Below, in pieces: positions 11,834-19,931 of a stretch of DNA of 64,000 bases. The position numbers and the translations under genes are program-made. Where the stretch lies: NCBI GenBank assembly GCA_965228735.1, contig OZ245838.1, positions 2,176,001 through 2,240,000 on the forward strand. Reading direction: 5' to 3'. The first letter of the stretch is position 1. Every line of letters begins with the position of its first letter. The notes beneath the pieces were generated by a model. That model searched no databases. It saw nothing but the letters and a program-made list of their open reading frames with translations, and had not been told where the DNA came from. Source of the stretch: Planctomycetota bacterium. GTDB lineage: Bacteria; Planctomycetota; UBA1135; UBA2386.

Positions 11834-12564
11834 GCCTGCTCCTCCGCACCGGCCGCGCCGTCGTCGACTGCGGGCCCGCGATTCTCACCGCGCTCGACGA
11901 CCCGCTCCCAGAGCTCGCGAAAGTGGATGCGGCCGCGGTGCAATCGCCAGCGGGCGGTCGCGTGCGTGACCTTGAGGATCGGCGCGATCTCGCGGCAGCT
12001 CAGGCCGTGGATGTCGCGCAGCACGAGCACGGCGCGGAACTTGGTATCGAGTCGATCGAGCACCTGCCAGACGAGGCCGTCGCGCTCGCGCGCCTCGAGC
12101 TGACTCGGGCCATCGTGCTCGCGTTCGTCGACGAGCATCGGCAGGTGATCCTCGAGATCGCGGCCGCGCGCGCTCTTGCGCTTGCGCAGGCTGTCGATCG
12201 CGAGGTTCATCACGATGCGGTAGAACCAGGTGTAGAAGCTGCGCGACCAGTCGTAGCGGTCGAGGGACCGGAACAGCCGGACGAATGCCTCCTGCGCGAC
12301 GTCGCGGGCATCCTCGACGCGGCCGAGCACGTGGTAGGCGATCCAGAACGCGCGCTTCTGGTAGCGGGCGACGAGGGCCGAGAACGGGTCGTCCTGGCCG
12401 GCGAGTGCCCGCCGCACGAGCTCGGCGTCGGAGATCTCGGCTGCGGCCGCGAGCGTCGCGACCTCGCGCGGCAACCCGCTCGGCAACTCCGGGGCGTGGT
12501 CCCGGAGCGACCGCAGGCGGCCGGCCGTGCCGGCCGAGGCCGTGTTCGCCGAGCTGTGTGGCAT
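11830..12564 (-). CDS. ECF RNA polymerase sigma factor
   Basis: Region 2 (DARDVAQEAFVR...FYTWFYRIVMN) and region 4 (RAVLVLRDIHGLSCREIA...ARWRLHRGR). Start uncertain (12564 or 12576). Confidence 0.92.
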   Translation of the reverse strand: MPHSSANTASAGTAGRLRSLRDHAPELPSGLPREVATLAAAAEISDAELVRRALAGQDDPFSALVARYQKRAFWIAYHVLGRVEDARDVAQEAFVRLFRSLDRYDWSRSFYTWFYRIVMNLAIDSLRKRKSARGRDLEDHLPMLVDEREHDGPSQLEARERDGLVWQVLDRLDTKFRAVLVLRDIHGLSCREIAPILKVTHATARWRLHRGRIHFRELWERVVERGENRGPAVDDGAAGAEEQA

Positions 12565-12679
12565 CGACAGCACCATACGGGCCGGCTGGCGGTCCTGCGA
12601 GTCGCGGCCGTGGCGGGAATATCGCCCGGGCACCCCGATCCGGCCGCGGTCGGACGGGAGCCGCGAGCGGGCCGCGCCC

Positions 12680-13675
12680 CTACTTCGACTTTCGCTTCTT
12701 GTGCGGATCGCCCATGCCGCGGAACTTGCGGTAGCGCTGCTCGAGCAGCTCCTCGGAACTCAGCTGCGCCAGCTCGTTCAACCAGGCCACGATCTGCTTC
12801 TTCACTGTCGCGACCGTCGCCTTGGGATCGCGGTGCGCGCCGCCCAGCGGCTCGTCGAGCACCTTGTCGACGAGCCCGAGGCGCAGCAGATCCGGGCCCG
12901 TGAGCTTGAGGGCCTCGGCCGCCTCGGGCGCCTTCTCGCCGCTCTTCCACAGGATCGCAGCGCAGCCCTCGGGCGAGATCACCGAGTAGTAGCTGTTCTC
13001 GAGCATGCCGACGCGGTCGCCCACGCCGATGCCGAGCGCGCCGCCGGACCCGCCCTCGCCGATGACGAGGCAGATGATCGGCACGGGCAGTTCGAACATC
13101 TCGAGGATGTTGGTCGCGATCGCCGCGGCCTGGCCGCGCTCCTCCGCGCCGATGCCGGGATACGCGCCGGGCGTATTGATGAACGACACGATCGGCAGCT
13201 TCATCTTCACCGCGAGCCGCATCTTCTGCAGCGCCTTGCGGTAGCCCTCGGGGTGCGCGCAGCCGAAGTTGGACGCGAGCCGGTCCTTCACCGTCTTGCC
13301 CTTGCGGTGGCCGACGAGCAGGAAGCGGATGCCGTCCATCGACGCGAGCCCCGTGATGATCGCGCCGTCGTCGCCGTAGACCCGATCGCCGTGCAGCTCC
13401 ACGAAGTCGTCGCACATCAACTGGATGTAATCCGACGTCAACGGCCGGTCGCTGTGACGCGCGACGTTCACGCGCTCCCAGGGCGACAGCTGGTCGTAGA
13501 CCTCGGCGGTCTGCTTCGCGAGCCGCGCCTCGAGCGCGTCGATCTCGTCGGACAGGTCGAGGTGCGAGTCCTTGCTCAGGCCGCGCAGCTCGTCGATCCG
13601 AGCCTGCAGATCCTTGAGCGGCCGCTCGAACGCGAGACCATCGTGGGCCGCGGGCTTGGCGGAGGGCTGGGTCAT
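12680..13675 (-). CDS. accA: Acetyl-CoA carboxylase carboxyltransferase alpha subunit
   Basis: ELHGDR, PEGYRKA, TPGAYPGIGAEERGQ, GEGGSGGA, YSVISPEGCAAILW. Confidence 0.97.
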   Translation of the reverse strand: MTQPSAKPAAHDGLAFERPLKDLQARIDELRGLSKDSHLDLSDEIDALEARLAKQTAEVYDQLSPWERVNVARHSDRPLTSDYIQLMCDDFVELHGDRVYGDDGAIITGLASMDGIRFLLVGHRKGKTVKDRLASNFGCAHPEGYRKALQKMRLAVKMKLPIVSFINTPGAYPGIGAEERGQAAAIATNILEMFELPVPIICLVIGEGGSGGALGIGVGDRVGMLENSYYSVISPEGCAAILWKSGEKAPEAAEALKLTGPDLLRLGLVDKVLDEPLGGAHRDPKATVATVKKQIVAWLNELAQLSSEELLEQRYRKFRGMGDPHKKRKSK

Positions 13676-13886
13676 AGCGGCGCGACTCTACGGATTGGCA
13701 CCCCGGAGTCAGACCGAAAAGCGGTCCTGACCCGATCCCGGCCCGCGGCTCCACCGAACGGGCCAGGGGGCCGATCCGGCGAGTCGGGCCCGGCCCTGGT
13801 AGACTCGGTGGCATGGCACCGTCACCCCCGGGCGGCGCCGTCGCCAGTCGAGGGGCCCCGATCGAGGTCCCCCGGGAAGGACTGCC

Positions 13887-15479
13887 ATGCACTCCACGAT
13901 GTTCTCCGTGACCGCGATGCTCGCGTTCACGTTCGCCGTCCACGACGCCGCCGCGCAGGCGACGTCATGCCCCCCGGCCGTCTACTTCGGGTTCCACCAG
14001 GAACGCGTCGGAGCCGTCCTCGTCAGCGAGGGCAGCGAAGCCCTGTTCGGCCACGGCAACGGCTGGAACTGCGGGTTCTTCGCGCGCCACCGCGACGACT
14101 ACTGGCGCCGCACGACGCTCATGGGCGGCGTGGGCCCGAACTACGGGACGGCCGGTGCCAGCGCCGCGTTCGAGAACGGCGTCGTGCTGCTCGGCGATCC
14201 GCAGGAGTACTCGATGCCGGGCTTCTGGCAGCAGTCGCCGAACGGCTCCGCGATCATCTACGAACGCGTCAACGGCACGTGGACCCGGACCGCGCAGTTC
14301 TACCCGCAGAACCCCGTGCCCGGCGCCTCGGGCTACGCCTACTACGTCGCGCTCGAGGACGACGGCACGCGCGCGGTCGTCGCGGCGAGCCGCACGAACG
14401 CGGGCGGCACGATCTACGTCTACCACAAGCAACCGTCGGGCTGGGCGCTCGAGCAGACCATCGACGGCAACTCGCTCACGCCACCCGCCGTGCTCGACGG
14501 CCCGGTCGCGCTGACCCAGGGCCACCTGTTCCTCGCATCGCGCACGAGCTACTTCCCGGCGCCGGGGCCCGGCGAGGTGCGCGTGCTCACGCGGCAGAGC
14601 GGCACGTGGACGGAGGTCGCCACGCTCGCGCCGCCGCAGCTGTCCCCGACCGCGCGTTTCGGGGTGTCGATGGCCACCGACAGCGGCCACGCCGTGATCG
14701 CGTCCGTCGTCCAGCCGTACCCGAACTCGACCGCGCAGGGCATCGTGTTCGAGTACGACACGAGCCTGCCAAACTGGACGACCCAACCGACCGTGATCTC
14801 GCTGCCGACGAGCAGCACGACGACGCTGTTCGGACGGTCACTCGACCTCGACGGCGACCGCCTCGCGATCGGCGCGCGCGACGAGGCCTTCGTCTACGAA
14901 CGCGGGCCGACCAGTTGGCAGCGGACCGTGCGGGTCGTGCCACCGCCGACCGGCTTCAGTTCGCAGTTCGGCCAGGCGGTCGCGCTGTTTCCCGACGGTC
15001 TGCTCGTCGGCGATCCCACGCACGACGACGACCCGTGGCAGTACCCGGACAACCCCGGCGGCGTGCACGCGTTCGACCTCACGGACTACGGCCGGGAGTT
15101 CCAGGGTTGCGGCCGCGGTGTCGCGATCGAATGGGGCGGCACGCTGACGATGCGCGTCCGCTGGCCGCAGCAGGCGAACAACAGCTACCAGGTGTTCGGC
15201 TCGTTCACCGGCTTCGGGCCGACCGTCGTCCACGGCGTGCCGATCCCGCTCACGCAGGACCTCTACACGAGCGTGCTGATCGCCAACCCATCATTCATCA
15301 CGGGCGGCACCGGCATGCTCAACCAATGGGGCGCGGCCAACCTGACGTGGAACGTCCCGCAGGGCCTGCCGGCCTCGCTCGACGGCGCGCAGTTCCATCA
15401 CGCCATCGTCGCGTGGGACAGCAACGGCACGCTCGCCGCGAGCAACGCGATCACGAGCGAGCTCGTGAAGATCTACTGA
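13887..15479 (+). CDS. Secreted FG-GAP-like beta-propeller protein with a C-terminal sorting-like domain
   Basis: Signal peptide (AAA-Q); repeats FGVSMA, FGRSLDLDGDRLAIGA, FGQAVAL...LLVGDP; C-terminal domain ending AASNAITSELVKIY; GGAAGGA RBS upstream. Confidence 0.8.
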   Translation: MHSTMFSVTAMLAFTFAVHDAAAQATSCPPAVYFGFHQERVGAVLVSEGSEALFGHGNGWNCGFFARHRDDYWRRTTLMGGVGPNYGTAGASAAFENGVVLLGDPQEYSMPGFWQQSPNGSAIIYERVNGTWTRTAQFYPQNPVPGASGYAYYVALEDDGTRAVVAASRTNAGGTIYVYHKQPSGWALEQTIDGNSLTPPAVLDGPVALTQGHLFLASRTSYFPAPGPGEVRVLTRQSGTWTEVATLAPPQLSPTARFGVSMATDSGHAVIASVVQPYPNSTAQGIVFEYDTSLPNWTTQPTVISLPTSSTTTLFGRSLDLDGDRLAIGARDEAFVYERGPTSWQRTVRVVPPPTGFSSQFGQAVALFPDGLLVGDPTHDDDPWQYPDNPGGVHAFDLTDYGREFQGCGRGVAIEWGGTLTMRVRWPQQANNSYQVFGSFTGFGPTVVHGVPIPLTQDLYTSVLIANPSFITGGTGMLNQWGAANLTWNVPQGLPASLDGAQFHHAIVAWDSNGTLAASNAITSELVKIY

Positions 15480-15507
15480 GTGAACATACGGAACCCGGTA
15501 TGTTCAC
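15480..15507. terminator. Probable bidirectional terminator hairpin between convergent genes
   Basis: GTGAACATAC / GTATGTTCAC 10-bp stem that overlaps the stop of the NtrC-type gene. Confidence 0.55.
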
Positions 15508-16856
15508 AGGCCGTACTCCTTGATCTTGCGATAGAGCGTCCGTTCGCTGACGCCCATCGACCTGGCGGCCTTCTGCCGGTTGCCGTTCGTGAGTTCGAGC
15601 GCGACGCGGATGTGGTTGCGTTCGACCTCCTGCCAGGTGCGGCCCGCGAGGAACTGCCACGCGTCGCTGTCCGACGGCATCGGCGCCGAGACCTCGGGCG
15701 GCAGGTCGGCGCGCGTCAGGATGTTGCCCTTGGCGCGGACGACCATCGACTCGACCGCGTTGCGCAGCTCACGCACGTTGCCGGGCCAGTCGTACTGCAT
15801 GAGCGCGACGAGGGCATCGCGGTCGATCGACTCGACGTCCTTGCCGTGCAGCTCGCTGAAGTGGCCGAGGAAATGCTCGACGAGCAGGCGGATGTCCGAC
15901 CGCCGCTCGCTGAGCGGCGGCAGCTCGATCGTCACGACCTTGAGGCGGAAGTAGAGGTCCTGGCGGAACTGGCCGTCCGCCACCTTCTGCTGCAGATCGG
16001 CGTTGGTCGCGGCGAGCACGCGCACGTCGACGGGCCGCAGCCGGTTGTCCCCGAGCCGTGAGATCGCGCGTTCTTCGAGCACGCGCAGCAGCTTGACCTG
16101 CGTCGACATCGGCATGTCGCCGACCTCGTCGAGCAGCAGCGTGCCGCCGTCGGCGTACTCGAACTTGCCCTCGCGGTCCGCGACGGCCCCCGTGAACGCG
16201 CCCTTGATGTGCCCGAACAGCTCGCTCTCGATCGTGCCCTCCGACATGCCGCCGCAGTTGATCGCGACGAACGGGCGCTTGCTGCGCGGCGACAGCGTGT
16301 GGATCGCGCGCGCGACGAGCTCCTTGCCCGTGCCGGAGCTGCCGAGGATCAGCACGGACGCCGCGGTGCCGGCGATCTGCCGCACGAGCGCGAGCACGCG
16401 CTGCATGCGCGGGTCCTGACCGACGATGCCGTCGATGCCGAACGTGCGTTCGACCTGACCCTTGAGGTCGTCGTACGCGACGTCCTTACCGTGATCCTCG
16501 AGCGACCGCTTGACCTTGGCGCGCAGCTCGCCGAGGTCGACGGGCTTCTCGACGTAGTAGGTCGCGCCCTGCTCCATCGCCTGCACGGCGACGTCGCGCG
16601 AGCCGTGCCCGGTCAGCATCACGACGCGGCAGTTGGCATAGTTCTGCTTCGCGGCGTCGAGCACCTGGAAGCCGTCGGTGCCCTGCATCTTGAGATCGGT
16701 GACGACGACCGCGAAGCGCCGCGCCGCGAGCAGCTCGACGGCCTCGTCACCACTGCTGGCGGTCGTGATCTGAACGGGCAGCACCTCGAGGGCCGCCTCG
16801 AGGGATTCGCGCAGGGCGTCGTCGTCGTCGACGATGAGGATCGGATCGGTCGTCAT
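15504..16856 (-). CDS. Sigma-54-dependent response regulator (NtrC/AtoC family)
   Basis: Receiver domain (ILIVDDD, TDLKM), [39 protein letters not shown]-terminal Fis-type HTH. Confidence 0.95.
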   Translation of the reverse strand: MTTDPILIVDDDDALRESLEAALEVLPVQITTASSGDEAVELLAARRFAVVVTDLKMQGTDGFQVLDAAKQNYANCRVVMLTGHGSRDVAVQAMEQGATYYVEKPVDLGELRAKVKRSLEDHGKDVAYDDLKGQVERTFGIDGIVGQDPRMQRVLALVRQIAGTAASVLILGSSGTGKELVARAIHTLSPRSKRPFVAINCGGMSEGTIESELFGHIKGAFTGAVADREGKFEYADGGTLLLDEVGDMPMSTQVKLLRVLEERAISRLGDNRLRPVDVRVLAATNADLQQKVADGQFRQDLYFRLKVVTIELPPLSERRSDIRLLVEHFLGHFSELHGKDVESIDRDALVALMQYDWPGNVRELRNAVESMVVRAKGNILTRADLPPEVSAPMPSDSDAWQFLAGRTWQEVERNHIRVALELTNGNRQKAARSMGVSERTLYRKIKEYGL

Positions 16857-16884
16857 GCGGTGGGCATCGAGCGGGAGCCAGTCT

Positions 16885-16929
16885 TGCGTGAGTCGATCAT
16901 GCGTGAGTCGATCATTCGTGAGCCGATTT
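16885..16929. repeat. 15-bp tandem repeat immediately downstream of the histidine kinase stop codon
   Basis: TGCGTGAGTCGATCA twice, then TTCGTGAGCCGATTT. Confidence 0.8.
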
Positions 16930-17683
16930 ATGAGTGGGTTCGGGGCAGCGCCATCGTGAACTGCGTGCCCTTGCCGACTTCGGATTCCATGGTCAGTTCG
17001 CCGCCGTGCTCGGCGACGACACGGCGAACGGTCGCGAGTCCGAGACCGGTGCCCGCCTTCTTCGTGCTGACGTAGGGTTCGAACACGCGGTCCTTGACGT
17101 CGTCGGGGATGCCGGCACCGGTGTCCGTGACCTGGATGAGCACGTTGCCGACCGACCCATCGTCGGCCGGCGGGCGAACGGACCTGGTCGCGATCATCAC
17201 CTCGCCGCCGCTCGGCGTCGCGTCGCGCGCATTGCGCACGAGATTGACGATCGCGGCCCGCAGCAGCTTCCAGTCGACGTCCACCTGACCGACGTCACTG
17301 CCCGGATAGAACCGCAACGAGACCCCGGCCTCGGCCATCTCGGGCTGGTGGAACTCGACGATCTCGCGCACGCGCGCGTTGAGGTCGACGGCGACGAACT
17401 CCGGCACCGGCGCGCGCGCGAAGCTGAGGAACTCCTCGAGGATCGTCTGCAGCCGCTGCACCTCGGCGTGCACGGTCGCGAGCCGCTTGTGCGTGCGCTT
17501 CTCGCGCGCGCCCTCGGCCTCGGTGAACTCCTCGAGCACGAGCTGCAGGTTGAGCCCGATCGTGCTCAACGGGTTGCGCACCTCGTGCGCAAAGCCGGCG
17601 AGGAGCGTGCCGAGCTGCGCGAGGCGCTCGAGCCGGATCCGGTCGGCGCGCTGAGTGCGAGTTTGCTGCCCGTTCGAAGGCAT
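16928..17683 (-). CDS. Cytoplasmic sensor-less histidine kinase (HisKA + HATPase)
   Basis: H-box AHEVRNPL, N-box NLVRNA, G1 DTGAGI, G2 GTGLGL. No TM or sensor domain. Confidence 0.9.
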   Translation of the reverse strand: MPSNGQQTRTQRADRIRLERLAQLGTLLAGFAHEVRNPLSTIGLNLQLVLEEFTEAEGAREKRTHKRLATVHAEVQRLQTILEEFLSFARAPVPEFVAVDLNARVREIVEFHQPEMAEAGVSLRFYPGSDVGQVDVDWKLLRAAIVNLVRNARDATPSGGEVMIATRSVRPPADDGSVGNVLIQVTDTGAGIPDDVKDRVFEPYVSTKKAGTGLGLATVRRVVAEHGGELTMESEVGKGTQFTMALPRTHS

Positions 17684-17762
17684 GATCCATCGAGGATAGT
17701 CGGCCGGCGCCGCAGAATCCTCGCGCTTCTGACCGCCAGCGGTTCCTGGTAAGGTCGGCGCA

Positions 17763-18875
17763 ATGCCTTGCGAACGCCGGCCCCTCGCAGAGGCCGACGC
17801 TGCGGACTCGATCGCGCAGCTCGTCGCCGAAACCGCCGAACGGCTGCGCCGCGGCGAACTCTGCGCGTTGCCGACCGAGACGGTCTACGGCCTCGCCGTG
17901 CTGCCGAGCCACGCGGACGCCGTCGCCCGTGCGCGGGCGATGAAGGGCCGGGCCCAGAGCCACCCGTTCACCTACCACATCGCGGCCATGGCGGACCTGC
18001 ACCGCCTCGCCGCGAACCCGAGCGCCCGCATCCGCCGGCTCACCGAACGCTACTGGCCGGGTCCGCTGACCGTCGTGCTGCCGGCGCGATCGGGCGAGGC
18101 CGACGCGACGGTCGGGCTGCGCCTGCCGGCCCACGCGTTCACCCAACAGGTCATCGCCGCGTGCGGCGAGCCGCTCTGGCTCAGCAGCATCAACGAGACC
18201 GGCAAGGAACCGCTCGTCGACCCCGACGCGATCGCCGCGCAGTTCGGCGAGCACCTGGACCTGCTGATCGACGACGGTCCGTCGCCGCTCGGCAACGCGT
18301 CGACGGTCGTGCGCGACCTCGGCGACCACCTCGAAGTCCTGCGGGCCGGCATCCTCGATCACGATCAGGTGCTGCACACGGCGGCCGAGCTCACGCTGTT
18401 CGTCTGCACCGGCAACACGTGCCGTTCGCCGCTCGCGGAGGCCCTCGCGCGCGACCTCACCGCGCGGACCCTTGGCATCGAACCAACGGAAGTCCTCGCG
18501 CGCGGCCACGCCTTCCTGAGTGCCGGCACGGCGACGCACCCGGGCATGCCCGCGAGCGAAGGCAGCGTCGCGGCCGGTCAAGAGATCGGCCTCGACCTGT
18601 CGCACCACCAGAGCCGGTTCGTCGACGGCGAACTCGTGCGGGCCGCGACCAGGATCTACTGCCTCAGCGACAGCCACCGCCGCGCGCTGCTCGCCGAGTT
18701 TCCGAACGCTGGCGGCCCAAACGCTGGCGGTAAGGTCCAGCTGCTGCGTCCCGACCAGCTCGACATCCAGGACCCGTTCGGCGGTCCGATCGAGGTCTAC
18801 CGCAAGGCCCGTGACGAGATCCGCGCCGCGGTCGGCGCGCGCCTGCCGGACTGGCTCGGCCAGCGCGACACGTAG
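17763..18875 (+). CDS. tsaC: L-threonylcarbamoyladenylate synthase (TsaC/YrdC) fused to a low-molecular-weight phosphatase (YwlE-like)
   Basis: PTETVYGL, KGR, YWPGPLT, GLRLP, SSIN, STVV; then P-loop VCTGNTCRSP and DIQDPFGG. Confidence 0.9.
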   Translation: MPCERRPLAEADAADSIAQLVAETAERLRRGELCALPTETVYGLAVLPSHADAVARARAMKGRAQSHPFTYHIAAMADLHRLAANPSARIRRLTERYWPGPLTVVLPARSGEADATVGLRLPAHAFTQQVIAACGEPLWLSSINETGKEPLVDPDAIAAQFGEHLDLLIDDGPSPLGNASTVVRDLGDHLEVLRAGILDHDQVLHTAAELTLFVCTGNTCRSPLAEALARDLTARTLGIEPTEVLARGHAFLSAGTATHPGMPASEGSVAAGQEIGLDLSHHQSRFVDGELVRAATRIYCLSDSHRRALLAEFPNAGGPNAGGKVQLLRPDQLDIQDPFGGPIEVYRKARDEIRAAVGARLPDWLGQRDT

Positions 18876-18882
18876 CGCCCAC

Positions 18883-18922
18883 CCTGACGCGCCGCGGACC
18901 GCGCGCCGCGGACCGCGTCAGG
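18883..18922. terminator. Hairpin with an internal 14-bp duplication between convergent tsaC and lpxD
   Basis: CCTGACGCG / CGCGTCAGG arms; the right arm includes the lpxD stop. GCGCCGCGGACCGC occurs twice inside. Confidence 0.45.
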
Positions 18923-19931
18923 AACCCTTCTTCTGCGCGGCCCAGTCGGCTCGCATCTCGGGCAGATCGGCCAGCGCGCGGTGCACGCGCAGGAACAGCT
19001 TCTTCTCGACCGGCGGATAGCCGATGTACTCGCCCGCACGCCGGATGCTGCTCAACGCGCTCGTGCCGCCGCCGAGCATCACGTTGTCGGCGATCTTGAG
19101 ATGATCGCCACACGCCGCGCGCCCGCCCCACAGGTTGTTCTTCCCGACCGTCGTGCTGCCCGCGACCATCGCGCCGGCCGCCATCAGCGTGTTGCTGCCG
19201 ATCCGCACGTTGTGCGCGATGTGGCAGTGGTTGTCGAATTTGCAGCCGTCCTCGATGACCGTGTCGTTGATCGCGCCGCGGTCGACGATCGTGTTGGAGC
19301 CGAACTCGACGTCGTTGCCCACCCGGACCCCGCCGAGCTGCGGGACCTTGTGCCACGTGCCGCCCTCGGACTTGTAGCCGAACCCGTCGCTGCCGATCAC
19401 GGCGCCGCTGTGCACGAACACGCGATCCCCGAACGTCACGCGATCGTAGATCGTGACTCCGGGATAGAGCACGCAGTCGCGCCCGAGCGTCACGCCGTCA
19501 CCGATCGTCACGTTCGCGCGGATGACCGACCCAGCGCCGATGCGACTGCGGCCGATCACGGCGTGCGGCCCGACGACGACCGGCGCCTCGAGCACCGCCT
19601 CGTCGTGCACGACGGCCGTCGGGTGCACGTCGTGCTCGACGGCCTTCGGCATCGGGTGGAAGTGCCGGGCCACGACGACGAACGCGTGGTCGACGTCGGC
19701 CACGATGACCTGTTGCGCGGGCGTCTCGAGCTCGCACGTCGTGAGCAGCGCGCCGATCGCGGTATCGCGCGCGGCGGCGGCGTAGTCGGGATCGCGTGGG
19801 TCGCGGACGAACCCGACGAGCTCGGGGCCGGCGTTCCGCAGATCGCCGAGCCCGCGAATCACCAGGTCGCCATCACCCACACAGCGGCCACCGACCATCT
19901 CGGTGAGCGCGCGAACAGTCAGCTCGGTCAT
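18918..19931 (-). CDS. lpxD: UDP-3-O-(3-hydroxymyristoyl)glucosamine N-acyltransferase
   Basis: Hexapeptide repeats, IGSDGFGY, KVPQLGGV, VDRGAINDT, DNHCHIAHNV. Confidence 0.95.
   Translation of the reverse strand: MTELTVRALTEMVGGRCVGDGDLVIRGLGDLRNAGPELVGFVRDPRDPDYAAAARDTAIGALLTTCELETPAQQVIVADVDHAFVVVARHFHPMPKAVEHDVHPTAVVHDEAVLEAPVVVGPHAVIGRSRIGAGSVIRANVTIGDGVTLGRDCVLYPGVTIYDRVTFGDRVFVHSGAVIGSDGFGYKSEGGTWHKVPQLGGVRVGNDVEFGSNTIVDRGAINDTVIEDGCKFDNHCHIAHNVRIGSNTLMAAGAMVAGSTTVGKNNLWGGRAACGDHLKIADNVMLGGGTSALSSIRRAGEYIGYPPVEKKLFLRVHRALADLPEMRADWAAQKKGS

Noticed and set aside
13805..13830. Sigma-54 promoter (TGGCATGGCAC) upstream of the FG-GAP gene
   Set aside because: There is no GC at the -12 position for either TGGCA register.
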